Of a stretch of DNA of 64,000 bases, positions 28,729 to 38,458 are shown in pieces. The DNA lies in NCBI GenBank assembly GCA_029976025.1, contig JARKNX010000133.1, positions 85,683-149,682 of the forward strand, read 5' to 3'. The notes under the pieces are model-generated. The model searched no databases and was not told the DNA's origin. It was given only the letters and a program-made list of their open reading frames with translations. The translations under genes and the position numbers were made by a program. Numbering within the stretch: position 1 is the stretch's first letter; each line of letters starts with the position of its first letter. Source of the DNA: Aggregatilineales bacterium. Its GTDB lineage: Bacteria > Chloroflexota > Anaerolineae > Aggregatilineales > Ch27.

Positions 28729-30198
28729 ATGCTGGATATCACCCTGATTCGCGAAAAGAAGGACTGGGTCAAGGAGCGTATCGCCCTCCTCAATGATCCT
28801 GACGCGCTGGACCGTATTGACCGCATTGACGCGCTGGACCGGGAGCGCCGCGCCATCCTCAGCCAGGTGGAGGTGCTCAAGGCCGGTCGCAACAGGCTCA
28901 ACAAGAGCTTCGGCCAGTTCCGGGGCAACCGCACCCTGCTTGAAGCGCAGAAGATCGCCGCTGCCGCTGCCGCGACCGCTGCTCTGGGGCAGGTGCTGGA
29001 CGCGCCGACGGATCGTCCCGCCGGGCAGCTTCAGCCGCTGCTGGATCAGGCGCTGGCCCTGCTGAGCGGGACGGCTCCAGCCGCCGCGCCGGCGGACGCC
29101 CCCGCCAGCGTGGATGAGGCGCTCAGCCGGCTGCAAGGGGCACTGGGGGCCTTCAGCGAGCGTATCGCGGCCATGGATGAGCAGACGGAGACGATTGACC
29201 GCGAGCTGCGCGAGCAGATGTTGTGGGTTCCCAACCTGCCGCATGAGTCCGTGCCGGTGGGCGCGGGCGACCCGGATAATGTCCCCCACGCGCCGTGCGG
29301 GGCAATTCCGACGCCGGGCTTCACCCCGCAGCCGCACTGGGACCTGGGGCCGGCGCTGGGCATCATCGACTTCGAGCGCGGCGTCAAGCTGGCCGGGACG
29401 CGCTTTTACATCCTGGCCGGGATGGGCGCCCGGCTGCACCGCGCCCTGTCCAACTGGATGCTGGACTACCACGCCGCTCAGGGCCGGACGGAAGTCTACA
29501 CGCCGTTTGTGGTCAAAGAAGCGGCTATGTTCGGCTCCGCCCAGTTCCCCAAGTTCCGCGACAATGTGTACTGGGACCCGGACGCGGAGCTGTACCTGCT
29601 GCCGACGGCAGAAGTGAGCATCACCAACATGTACGCCGACGAGATTCTGGACGAGGCCGATCTGCCGCTTCGCTATATCGGGCATACGCCGTGCTTCCGC
29701 CGCGAGCGGATGAGCGCCGGGCGCGATGTGCGCGGCATCAAGCGCGTCCACCAGTTCGAGAAGGTGGAGCAGTACAGCTTCGCTCATCCCGATCGCAGCT
29801 ACGAGGAGCTGGAGCGCATTGTAGAGACGGCGGAGGCGATGTGCGGGCTGCTGGGGCTGCCCTACCGCCGGCTGGAAATCTGCACCGGCGATCTGGGCTT
29901 TTCGGCTACCAAGAAGTACGACGTGGAGGTGTACGCCATCGGCTGCGGTGAGTGGCTGGAAGTCTCAAGCTGCTCCAACACGGAGGACTTTCAGGCCCGC
30001 CGGGCCAATATCAAGTTCCGCCCGGCGGACGGCGGCCGTGCCCGCTTTGTACACACGCTCAACGGCTCCGGGCTGGCCCTGCCGCGCATCCTGATCGCGA
30101 TCCTGGAGAACTACCAGCAGGCCGACGGGAGCGTGATCATCCCGCCGGTTCTGCGGCCTTACCTGGGCGGGCAGGAGCTGATTGAGCCGGAGGGCTGA
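28729..30198 (+). CDS. serS: Seryl-tRNA synthetase
   Basis: MLDITLIREKKDWVKERI (typical SerS N-terminus). Class II core motifs FRRERMSAGRDVRGIKRVHQFEKVE, TGDLGFSATKKYDVEVY and FVHTLNGSGLALPRILIAILENYQ. TAGGAG SD. 489 aa. Confidence 0.95.
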   Translation: MLDITLIREKKDWVKERIALLNDPDALDRIDRIDALDRERRAILSQVEVLKAGRNRLNKSFGQFRGNRTLLEAQKIAAAAAATAALGQVLDAPTDRPAGQLQPLLDQALALLSGTAPAAAPADAPASVDEALSRLQGALGAFSERIAAMDEQTETIDRELREQMLWVPNLPHESVPVGAGDPDNVPHAPCGAIPTPGFTPQPHWDLGPALGIIDFERGVKLAGTRFYILAGMGARLHRALSNWMLDYHAAQGRTEVYTPFVVKEAAMFGSAQFPKFRDNVYWDPDAELYLLPTAEVSITNMYADEILDEADLPLRYIGHTPCFRRERMSAGRDVRGIKRVHQFEKVEQYSFAHPDRSYEELERIVETAEAMCGLLGLPYRRLEICTGDLGFSATKKYDVEVYAIGCGEWLEVSSCSNTEDFQARRANIKFRPADGGRARFVHTLNGSGLALPRILIAILENYQQADGSVIIPPVLRPYLGGQELIEPEG

Positions 30199-30271
30199 CA
30201 GCGTCACTGCTGCTGATTGAGCTTTTCGCGGCGGCGGGTCAGTCGAGCCTGTTGCCAGATGGACATGTAAT

Positions 30272-30310
30272 AGCCAGGCATTTTACGGGATGCCTGGCTT
30301 ATTTGTTGTT
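30272..30310 (+). terminator. Intrinsic terminator after serS
   Basis: AGCCAGGCAT (30272-30281) pairs perfectly with ATGCCTGGCT (30290-30299) around an 8-nt loop. T-rich TATTTGTTGTT follows. Confidence 0.8.
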
Positions 30311-30359
30311 ATAGGTGCGATCTGAATTGTTAATGGCGCAATTCGCGTAGCGTAATAGG

Positions 30360-30389
30360 TTGACATATAAGAAAAAAGAGGACTAACGT
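30360..30389 (+). promoter_or_regulatory. Candidate promoter of the beta-propeller gene
   Basis: TTGACA (30360-30365), 18 nt, TAACGT (30384-30389), inside an AT-rich gap. Confidence 0.3.
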
Positions 30390-30500
30390 ACTCCTGAATC
30401 GTTCTTGCGGCTTGCAGGGTCTGGGCCAGGCGGGCGCCATTCGGGCCTGCTCTGTGCCACTAAACCTGGCGAGTCGAGACAGATGAAGGAGTCTGGAAGG

Positions 30501-31508
30501 ATGCGCTATACTAAATTTCTTGTGATCGGGGGGATGCTGTTTCTGGTGCTGGCGGCGTTTTCGCTACCAGCCGGCGCGCAGTCCGATTTGCAGGTGATTG
30601 CCAGCGGGTTGAACGCTCCGCGCGGGCTGGCTTATGGACCTGACGGCGCGCTTTATATTGCCGAGGGCGGCAGCGGCGGCGACATAGCAATAGATACGCC
30701 GGAAGGGCCGTCCACATTTGGTTCTACTGGCCGGGTTGTTGTCGTTGCCCCGGATGGCAGCGTGAATGCCATCCTGACCAACCTGCCCAGTGTAGGCAAC
30801 GGCGGCGGCCCCAACAGCCTGATCGTAGGCGACGAGTCGATCTGGCTCATCACCGCCGGCGGGCCGCCCAATACTTTCCTGACCAATGGCCTGATTGAGA
30901 TCGATCGCGCTTCGTTGCGGATGAGGCAGTTTATCGATCTCCTGCGCCATGAGCAGGCGGAGAACCCCGACGGCAACGAGATTGACTCGAATCCAGTGGA
31001 CCTGGCGGTGGCATCCGATGGCACGCTCTACATTGTCGATGCTGCCTGCAATTGCGTCCTGACCTGGACAGCGGCCGGCGGCCTGCAGACTTTCCACGCC
31101 TGGCCAGATAACCCTGTGCCGACCAGCGTGGCCTTCGGACCGGAGGGTGACCTGTATATTGGCTTCCTTTCGCCCGCTCCGTTTATCCCCGGCTCAGCCA
31201 AAATTGAGCAGTGGACGACCGGCGGGGAGCTGGTCAACACTTTTGGCGGCCTGACGATGGTCGTGGATGTGCTGGTTGACAATGCCGGCACGATCTACGC
31301 TTCACAGGTTGCCGGCGGCATGGGCCCGAATGGGCCGGAACCGGGCAGCGTAGTCAGGGTTGGCCCGGATGGCGCCACCCCCCTGCTGGAGAACATCACC
31401 GCTCCCTACGGCCTGGCTCAGGACGCTGATGGAAACCTGATCGTCGCCATCAACGCCGCTTTCGCCCCTCCCGGCAGCGGCCAGGTGGTGGTTGTCCCCA
31501 CCGGCTGA
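30501..31508 (+). CDS. Secreted beta-propeller protein (NHL/ScyD-ScyE-like)
   Basis: Start moved to the ATG at 30501, with AGGAG about 10 nt upstream. Signal peptide MRYTKFLVIGGMLFLVLAAFSLPAGAQS. Repeated GxxxP(R/Y)GLA...DG.LY(I/V) blades: LNAPRGLAYGPDGALYIAEGGSGG, VDLAVASDGTLYIVDA, TSVAFGPEGDLYIG, APYGLAQDADGNLIVA. Confidence 0.75.
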   Translation: MRYTKFLVIGGMLFLVLAAFSLPAGAQSDLQVIASGLNAPRGLAYGPDGALYIAEGGSGGDIAIDTPEGPSTFGSTGRVVVVAPDGSVNAILTNLPSVGNGGGPNSLIVGDESIWLITAGGPPNTFLTNGLIEIDRASLRMRQFIDLLRHEQAENPDGNEIDSNPVDLAVASDGTLYIVDAACNCVLTWTAAGGLQTFHAWPDNPVPTSVAFGPEGDLYIGFLSPAPFIPGSAKIEQWTTGGELVNTFGGLTMVVDVLVDNAGTIYASQVAGGMGPNGPEPGSVVRVGPDGATPLLENITAPYGLAQDADGNLIVAINAAFAPPGSGQVVVVPTG

Positions 31509-31540
31509 TAGCACGCCCGATCGATTTTACAGTTATACCG

Positions 31541-31572
31541 GGGACCCGCCGCCAGGTGGGTCCTGTTTTTTT
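31541..31572 (+). terminator. Intrinsic terminator
   Basis: GGGACCCGCC (31541-31550) pairs with GGTGGGTCC (31555-31563). TGTTTTTTT follows. Confidence 0.7.
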
Positions 31573-31673
31573 GTGGGGGGCGTACGCCGCCCGCGCCAGG
31601 GAGCGGCAGCGCGGCCAGGATGAGGCATAATATAGCCTGCGGCCTGCGCCATCAGGGAAGGGGTGACTCCTGT

Positions 31674-33656
31674 ATGCCTTTTGAACAACGAGAGCACATG
31701 CTTCGCTTTACGCTGGACCAGGAAACACTGCAGATTGAAGCCTGGGGGCCGGATAGCTTCCGCGTGCGATCCACCATGCACCCGGCCATCGCTGAGGACG
31801 CTACCGGCACCGGCGAAGGGAGTGCCCTGCTCCCGCCAGAGCCGGTCATCCCGGAAATTGTTATCGGGCCGGAAGGCGCCACCATCACCAACGGACGGCT
31901 GCGAGCGGAGGTGCGAGCCGACGGCGAGCTGCGCTTCTCCCATGCCGGGACCGGGGCGGAGCTGCTGGCGGAGCCGGAGCGCCGCTTCATGTATCCATCA
32001 GCCCGCTACTTCAAGGCCGCCGGCGGCGACCTGTTCACACTGGAGGCGCGTTTCAAGGCCTACCCGGATGAGCATCTGTATGGCCTGGGCCAGCATCCCA
32101 ATGGCCGGCTGGATCAGAAGGGCTGTGTTGTCGATCTGGTCCAGCGCAACAGCGAGGTCTGTATCCCGTTCGTGCTGTCCAGCCGGGGGTACGGCTTCCT
32201 GTGGAATAACCCCGGCGTCGGGCGGGCAGAGCTGGGATACAACGGCACGCGCTGGATCGCTGACGGAACTCATCAACTCGACTACTGGATCACGGTCGGC
32301 GATACCCCCGCTGAGATCATGGCCCACTACGCTGACGCGACCGGCCACGCTCCCCTGTTGCCAGAATGGGCGGCGGGCTTCTGGCAGTGCAAGCTGCGTT
32401 ATGCCACCCAGGAGGAGCTGCTGAGCGTCGCTCGCGAATACCGCCAGCGCGGACTGCCGCTTTCCATCATTGTGGTGGACTACTTCCACTGGACCCTGCA
32501 GGGGGACTGGCAGTTCGACCCGGCCTGCTGGCCCGATCCGGCGGCGATGGTCCGCGAGCTGGAGGAGCTGGGCGTGAAGGTGATGGTTTCCATCTGGCCG
32601 ACCGTCAACCCGGCCAGCGCTAACTTCGCCCCGATGCGCCAGCGCGGCCTGCTCCTCCGGGCCGAGCGCGGGGTGAACGCGCAAATGATGTTCGTGGACA
32701 CTGGCTCCGACGCCCCCGCCTATATGACCTACTACGATGCCACCAATCCGGAGGCGCGCCGCTTCATCTGGGAGCGCGTCCGCCAGGGATACTACCGGCA
32801 CGGAATCAAAGTCTGGTGGCTGGATGCCTGCGAGCCGGAGTGCTACCCCACTCATCCGGAGAACCTGCGCTTCCACCTGGGGAGCGGGCTGGCGGCTTTC
32901 AATCTCTATCCGCTGCTGCACGAGCGCGGCTTCTACGAAGGAATGCGGTCCGAGGGCGAGACGGAGATCATCACTCTCTGCCGCTCCGCCTGGGCCAGCA
33001 GCCAGCGCTACGCCGCCGCCGTGTGGTCCGGCGACATCGACTCCACCTTCGAGTCGCTGGCGAAGCAGGTCCGGGCTGGCCTCAATATCGGCCTGAGCGG
33101 CATCCCGTGGTGGACAACGGATATCGGCGGGTTCTCCGGCGGGGATGTGAATTCCCCTTACTTCCGCGAGCTGATCGTGCGCTGGTTCCAGTACGGGGTG
33201 TTCTGCCCCCTGTTCCGGCTGCACGGCAACCGCGCGCCGGGACAGGTGAAGTCCGGCGGGCCGAATGAAGTCTGGTCCTTTGGCGAGGAAGCCTATGGCA
33301 TCATTCGCGAGTTGATGTTCCTGCGGGAGCGGCTGCGGCCTTACCTCATGGCGCAGATGGAGGCCGCTCACCGGCACGGCGCGCCGCCGATGCGCCCGCT
33401 GTTCTACGACTTCCCCGCCGATGCCCGGGCGTGGGAGGTCGAGGATCAGTTTATGTGCGGCCCCGATTTACTGGTCGCGCCGGTGGTGACTGAGGGGGCG
33501 CGGGAACGGGCGGTGTACCTGCCCGCCGGGGCGCAGTGGACCGACGCCTGGACGGGCGTTGTCCTGCCCGGCGGCCAGACGATTGTCGCCGCCGCCCCGC
33601 TGGAGCGCATCCCGCTCTACCTGCGCGATGGGAGCGCGCTGCCGATCAAAGCCTGA
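31674..33656 (+). CDS. Glycoside hydrolase family 31 (alpha-xylosidase/alpha-glucosidase, YicI-like)
   Basis: Start moved to the ATG at 31674 (MPFEQREHMLRF). GH31 signatures: IKVWWLDACEPE (nucleophile Asp region), WSGDIDSTF, PWWTTDIGGF and FCPLFRLHG. Confidence 0.85.
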   Translation: MPFEQREHMLRFTLDQETLQIEAWGPDSFRVRSTMHPAIAEDATGTGEGSALLPPEPVIPEIVIGPEGATITNGRLRAEVRADGELRFSHAGTGAELLAEPERRFMYPSARYFKAAGGDLFTLEARFKAYPDEHLYGLGQHPNGRLDQKGCVVDLVQRNSEVCIPFVLSSRGYGFLWNNPGVGRAELGYNGTRWIADGTHQLDYWITVGDTPAEIMAHYADATGHAPLLPEWAAGFWQCKLRYATQEELLSVAREYRQRGLPLSIIVVDYFHWTLQGDWQFDPACWPDPAAMVRELEELGVKVMVSIWPTVNPASANFAPMRQRGLLLRAERGVNAQMMFVDTGSDAPAYMTYYDATNPEARRFIWERVRQGYYRHGIKVWWLDACEPECYPTHPENLRFHLGSGLAAFNLYPLLHERGFYEGMRSEGETEIITLCRSAWASSQRYAAAVWSGDIDSTFESLAKQVRAGLNIGLSGIPWWTTDIGGFSGGDVNSPYFRELIVRWFQYGVFCPLFRLHGNRAPGQVKSGGPNEVWSFGEEAYGIIRELMFLRERLRPYLMAQMEAAHRHGAPPMRPLFYDFPADARAWEVEDQFMCGPDLLVAPVVTEGARERAVYLPAGAQWTDAWTGVVLPGGQTIVAAAPLERIPLYLRDGSALPIKA

Positions 33657-33720
33657 AAGCTGTGGCGTGGGAGCGGTGCGGTTTACCGCGCACTGCTCCT
33701 GGAGTCTGACTTATTGAAGA

Positions 33721-33749
33721 GGCCGCTGTCGAGAAGGCAGCGGCCTTTT
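33721..33749 (+). terminator. Intrinsic terminator after the GH31 gene
   Basis: GGCCGCTG (33721-33728) pairs perfectly with CAGCGGCC (33738-33745). TTTT follows (33746-33749). Confidence 0.7.
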
Positions 33750-34063
33750 GGTTGAGAAGTAGCGGAGAACAGCCGAAAAGCAGGATCAGACAGGGACGGC
33801 AGCGAAGGCGGCATGGCGCGGGGCTGGCGATAAATCGATATTTTCTCCTCCGGCCGCCGGGAAGAGGGGGCAAGATTTATATGAATCCTGCGGGACAGCG
33901 CGATAAGTGCACCAGACCATGTTACCGGCAGGATAGCGCCCTCGTCCACGCTATCTCGGCTCCGCCCGATTTAAGTAGTTCGCCATCCTCGGGTATTTTT
34001 TACCGTCTACCCGATTGAATGAGGCCAGTTTCCGCTGAATGCCAGCTAAAAACACGATAGTAG

Positions 34064-34092
34064 TTGACATGGATAAAAAGTGGGAGTATTTT
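34064..34092 (+). promoter_or_regulatory. Candidate promoter upstream of the ArsR-like regulator
   Basis: TTGACA (34064-34069), 17 nt, TATTTT (34087-34092), in a strongly AT-rich gap. Confidence 0.45.
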
Positions 34093-34094
34093 AT

Positions 34095-34122
34095 ATATGA
34101 CACATATTATTCTGTGTCATAT
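34095..34122. promoter_or_regulatory. Perfect 10-bp inverted repeat (candidate operator)
   Basis: ATATGACACA (34095-34104), 8 nt, TGTGTCATAT (34113-34122). It starts 3 nt after the candidate -10 box. Confidence 0.5.
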
Positions 34123-34244
34123 GCCGGAGAAAAGTGAATTTCCAAGTATATTTGTCTGGATTTTGATATTCACGAAACCTTATGCAATATAAGAATATGT
34201 TTTTTTCTATTTTATTGTGATCGATTGTCAAGGCGGCAATCCTC

Positions 34245-35201
34245 ATGACAAAAGCCGGGCGAAACCTCGTAATTAATATCGACGACACTTCCCTGAATGT
34301 CGAGCCGATCCTCAAGGCTCTGGCATCAGATCGGCGCATTGCCATGCTCCGTTTCCTGGGCGGCAATAGCTGCAGCATCAATGAGATCGCGGATGCGCTT
34401 GAAATACCCCCTTCAACTGCGACCATGCACATCAATGTCCTCGAAGAAGCCGGGCTGATTAGGACGGAGCTGAAGCCTGCCAGCCGCGGTTTACAGAAAA
34501 TCTGCGCCCGGGTCTACGACCAGGTTTCTATTCTTTTGCCCAGCGGTGAGCTTCCGAAGGAAAACTTCATCGACATCAGCATGCCGATCGGCGCCTACGT
34601 TGACTGCAACATAACCCCGACATGCGGTATTCTCAGCGAGGAAGGCATCATCGGGCAGCTCGATGATCCGGACACATTCTATGATCCGGAACGTGTCAAC
34701 GCGCAATTGCTGTGGTTTAAGCAGGGCTATGTCGAATACCGGTTCCCCAACCGCCTTCCCCCCAAAGCAGAATTGAAAAGTCTCCAGCTCAGCCTGGAAT
34801 TATGCTCAGAAGCGCCGTTGCACGATGACAACTGGCCCTCAGATATCACCCTGTGGATCAACGATATAGAAGTTGGAACCTGGACCAGTCCGGGTGATCT
34901 GGGGGGGACACGCGGGGTGTTGACCCCTGGCTGGTGGGAAGAATGGAATTCCCAATACGGCCTGTTGAAGATCTGGAAAATCAATGAACAGGGTACGTTC
35001 GTTGATGGCCTGCAAATCTCCGGGGTTACGATTGATAATCTCAAATTGAGATCGAGGGGGTTTATCCCGCTGCGACTCGGCGTCAAGGATGACGCGGCGA
35101 ATATCGGCGGGCTGAACATATTTGGCCGAGCTTTCGGAAACTATCCGCAGGATATTGTCATGCGGATAGTTTTTGAAGTCACGACTCCACAGCCAGACTG
35201 A
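34245..35201 (+). CDS. ArsR/SmtB-type winged-helix regulator with ~220-aa C-terminal extension
   Basis: ILKALASDRRIAMLRFLGGNSCSINEIADALEIPPSTATMHINVLEEAGLIRTEL is a classic ArsR wHTH. The C-terminal beta-rich domain is of unknown function. Confidence 0.8.
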   Translation: MTKAGRNLVINIDDTSLNVEPILKALASDRRIAMLRFLGGNSCSINEIADALEIPPSTATMHINVLEEAGLIRTELKPASRGLQKICARVYDQVSILLPSGELPKENFIDISMPIGAYVDCNITPTCGILSEEGIIGQLDDPDTFYDPERVNAQLLWFKQGYVEYRFPNRLPPKAELKSLQLSLELCSEAPLHDDNWPSDITLWINDIEVGTWTSPGDLGGTRGVLTPGWWEEWNSQYGLLKIWKINEQGTFVDGLQISGVTIDNLKLRSRGFIPLRLGVKDDAANIGGLNIFGRAFGNYPQDIVMRIVFEVTTPQPD

Positions 35202-35285
35202 ATATCAAAGGAGAAGCGCTATAGATCGAAACCAGGAAATGCCATCACGCTACGTATACGCCTGAAGAATCAAGGAGAAAGTAAG

Positions 35286-36539
35286 ATGCAACGCAAGAGT
35301 GTGCGCAATATGCTGTCAATCGCGCTGGTTATGGCGATAGCGATGCTGACTGTGCCTTTTGGCGCAGAGGCTCAAAGCCCCGTAGTCATCACTTTCTGGA
35401 ACGGATTTACCGGCCCGGATCGCCCCACCGTAGAGGCGCTTGTAGCGGAGTTCAATGCAGCCCATGCAGACATTCAGATCGATATGACGATCACGCCGTG
35501 GGATAGTCTGTACCAGACTCTGCTAGGTGCGATGTCTGCAGGAGAAGGCCCGGATCTCGTGGGATTCAACTTCAACTATGTCCTACAGTACGCTGAGAGC
35601 GGGCTGATCATGGATATTTCCGATTGGTTCGAAGAGGGCAGCAACCTGGATCTGGAGAACTGGCCGCCCGCCCTCGTCGAACGCCTGCAATACGATGGCA
35701 AATTCTATGCAGTCCCGATGAATTTCGCAACCTTGCTGATGTACTACAACCTCGACATCTTCACTGAAGTCGGGCTGGATCCGGAAAACCCGCCTGCGGA
35801 CTGGGACACCTGGATTGAGGCCCTGCGCACTATCACGGAAGCCGGGTATTACGGCATCGCCATTGGCGAACGCCAGACGATCCCCAACTGGCCTATCCTG
35901 CTCTGGGGCAATGGGGCAGACGTGATTGTGGACGGCAAATCCGGGCTTGCCACGCCTGAGGCCATTGAAGCGCTTGAGCTGTGGGGCGGCCTGGTTCGTG
36001 ACGAGGAAATCAGTCCGTTCGGCCTGACCGGCGCGGAAGCCGATCAGCTCTTCCAGAGCGGGCGCGCGGCTATGGGCATCACCGGGCCGTGGATGGTCAA
36101 CGGGTTCCTGGAGGCAGGCGTTAACTTCGACGTGACCCCCATCCCCACCGGCCCCGCAGGTCCCGTGACCCTGGCCGACTCCGTGGTGTTCGTGGTCAAC
36201 GCATCGACTACGCATGAGGAAGAAGTCAAGACGTTCCTCGATTTCTGGAATTCCTATGACGCCCAGATCACCTGGTCGGCTGGCACTGGCTTCCCGCCCG
36301 CTCGCCTGGATCTCTCGGACTCTCCTGACCTCTACGAAGCTAACCCCTGGGCGGCCAAGTTTGCGGCGGTTGTGCCTTATTCGCGCTTCTTCATGGGCGG
36401 CCAGAGGCACTACACCGAGATCGAAAACGACATCTTCGTCCCCATGATCCAGAGCATCACGCAGGGTGTCAGCAGCGTTGAAGAAGCCGCCACCAGAGCA
36501 GACGAGCAGCTCACCCGTCTCCTGGCACAGGACGATTAA
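35286..36539 (+). CDS. ABC transporter extracellular sugar-binding protein
   Basis: Signal/anchor MQRKSVRNMLSIALVMAIAMLTVPFGAEAQ. Family-1 SBP features: ITFWNGFTGPD, MYYNLDIF, GPWMVNGF. Confidence 0.85.
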   Translation: MQRKSVRNMLSIALVMAIAMLTVPFGAEAQSPVVITFWNGFTGPDRPTVEALVAEFNAAHADIQIDMTITPWDSLYQTLLGAMSAGEGPDLVGFNFNYVLQYAESGLIMDISDWFEEGSNLDLENWPPALVERLQYDGKFYAVPMNFATLLMYYNLDIFTEVGLDPENPPADWDTWIEALRTITEAGYYGIAIGERQTIPNWPILLWGNGADVIVDGKSGLATPEAIEALELWGGLVRDEEISPFGLTGAEADQLFQSGRAAMGITGPWMVNGFLEAGVNFDVTPIPTGPAGPVTLADSVVFVVNASTTHEEEVKTFLDFWNSYDAQITWSAGTGFPPARLDLSDSPDLYEANPWAAKFAAVVPYSRFFMGGQRHYTEIENDIFVPMIQSITQGVSSVEEAATRADEQLTRLLAQDD

Positions 36540-36561
36540 CGCGTTTTCCTACACTCCTATT

Positions 36562-36590
36562 GCTACGGGGGGTTACCAGCCCCCCGTAGC
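36562..36590 (+). promoter_or_regulatory. Intercistronic perfect stem-loop (no U-tract)
   Basis: GCTACGGGGGG (36562-36572) pairs perfectly with CCCCCCGTAGC (36580-36590) around loop TTACCAG. It lies between the binding-protein and permease genes, the position typical of mRNA-stabilising or attenuating hairpins in ABC operons. Confidence 0.55.
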
Positions 36591-36624
36591 TCAAAACGAA
36601 AATTAGCTACCCAGGGGCATACAC

Positions 36625-37575
36625 ATGATGGACAATATCCAGGTCCAGGCGTCTGTCTCCCAGTCGCGGAGGCTTCCACTGTCTGTTCGAATTCGGCGTG
36701 CCCTCAGCCACCCTCCAACCAGGCAGGGACTCACGTTCCTGTTCCCGAGTCTGGTCATCCTCGGTGTGTTTGTCTTCTGGCCTATCATCCAGTCTCTTTT
36801 GCTCAGCCTGCAAAGATGGCGCTTTGGTTCTTCAGAAGTCACCTGGGTCGGGCTGGATAACTACGCCCGGATGCTGGCCGATGAACGGGTCTGGGGAGCA
36901 TTACAGAATACCGTCTACTACACCCTAGTCGTTGTACCGGTCGGGCTGTTGCTATCGCTGCTTTTTGCGCTGGCCCTCAACGAGAAGTTGCGTGGACGTG
37001 TAGTCTTCCGTGCCATTTACTTCCTGCCGGTTATCGCCTCTTTTGCTATTGTGGCGATTGTGTGGCGCTTCCTGCTCAATCCGGATATTGGCTTGCTGGC
37101 TTACTGGTTCAAGCTGGTTGGCATCCCCACGCGCAACTGGCTGCGCGATGCCCGGTACGCGATGCCCGCCGTGATGATGGTCTCCATCTGGAAGAACGTT
37201 GGCTTCAATATGGTGATCTTGCTGGCTGGCCTGCAGAGCATCCCGGAAGTTTACTATGAGGCCGCCAAAGTGGATGGCGCCAACCGCTGGCGGCGCTTCA
37301 GGTCAGTTACCATGCCGCTGCTGCGCCCTACCTGGATCTTCGTCCTCATCATCTCGGTCATTAGCTCCTTCCAGGTGTTCGACCAGGTCTGGGTTATGAC
37401 TCCCCGCGGAGGCCCGCTCTTCAGCACCGAGACCATGGTGACCTACATTTACTACCAGGGCATTGAGCTGATGGATATCAGCTATGCTGCCGGCATTGGC
37501 GTTATGCTGTTTATCATCGTGTTCATCCTGACACTCATACAGCTCCGCCTCTTGCGCTTCCGCGATATGGACTAG
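36625..37575 (+). CDS. Sugar ABC transporter permease (MalF/UgpA-like)
   Basis: Six TM helices. EAA-type loop YEAAKVDGANRWRRFRSVTMPLLRP. Confidence 0.85.
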   Translation: MMDNIQVQASVSQSRRLPLSVRIRRALSHPPTRQGLTFLFPSLVILGVFVFWPIIQSLLLSLQRWRFGSSEVTWVGLDNYARMLADERVWGALQNTVYYTLVVVPVGLLLSLLFALALNEKLRGRVVFRAIYFLPVIASFAIVAIVWRFLLNPDIGLLAYWFKLVGIPTRNWLRDARYAMPAVMMVSIWKNVGFNMVILLAGLQSIPEVYYEAAKVDGANRWRRFRSVTMPLLRPTWIFVLIISVISSFQVFDQVWVMTPRGGPLFSTETMVTYIYYQGIELMDISYAAGIGVMLFIIVFILTLIQLRLLRFRDMD

Positions 37576-37591
37576 AAAGGATGATATCAGC

Positions 37592-38440
37592 ATGGGAACA
37601 TCAATTCTAAGTCACCAGCGCGGCTCCCGATTGTTCTTCACTGCGACCTGGATATTCCTGGCTATCGCGGCGGCAGCTATTCTTCTCCCGTTCGTCTGGA
37701 TGGTACTGACTTCTTTCAAACCAGAAAGCGATGTCTTCGCCTACCCGCCCCGGCTGTGGCCGAATATCTGGACACTGGAGAACTACACAGATATCTGGCA
37801 GCAAATCCCGATGTTGCGCTTCTTCATCAACAGCGTCGTGTTTGCCGGCAGCGTGACGATTATTTCTCTGTTCCTCGATTCGCTGGCTGCCTACGCTTTC
37901 AGCCGCCTGAAATTTCCGGGGCGCGATATCCTGTTCCTGTTCGTGCTCATCGCGCTCATGCTGCCTTTCCAGGTCACATTTATCCCGGTATATGTCACAG
38001 TGCAGAGCATGGGCCTGCTGAATTCTTTCGCCGGGTTAATCATCCCGCGCGCGACAAATGCCTTTGGCATCTTTATGCTGCGCCAGTTCTTTAATGGGAT
38101 TCCCCATGAGCTTGATGACGCGGCAAGAATAGATGGCGCCACGGAATTTTACATCTACAGTCGGGTGATCTTACCCCTGTCCGGCCCGGCGCTGGCCACG
38201 CTCGCAGTCTTTCACTTCATGTATAACTGGAATGACTTTCTGTGGCCGCTGCTGATCACCAAAACCACCGAGATGCGTAACCTGCCTGCCGGGCTGGCCC
38301 TGTTCATGGGCCAGCACAACATTGAGTACGGCCTGATCATGGCTGGCGCTACCTTGGCGCTGTTACCTCTGTTCATTGCCTTTCTCTTTGCCCAGAAGTA
38401 CTTCGTCCAGAGCATTGTGATGACAGGTCTGAAAGAATAG
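37592..38440 (+). CDS. Carbohydrate ABC transporter permease (MalG/UgpE-like)
   Basis: EAA loop LDDAARIDGATEFYIYSRVILPLSGPAL. Six TM helices. Confidence 0.85.
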   Translation: MGTSILSHQRGSRLFFTATWIFLAIAAAAILLPFVWMVLTSFKPESDVFAYPPRLWPNIWTLENYTDIWQQIPMLRFFINSVVFAGSVTIISLFLDSLAAYAFSRLKFPGRDILFLFVLIALMLPFQVTFIPVYVTVQSMGLLNSFAGLIIPRATNAFGIFMLRQFFNGIPHELDDAARIDGATEFYIYSRVILPLSGPALATLAVFHFMYNWNDFLWPLLITKTTEMRNLPAGLALFMGQHNIEYGLIMAGATLALLPLFIAFLFAQKYFVQSIVMTGLKE

Positions 38441-38458
38441 AACTGGAGGCGTTGGCCC

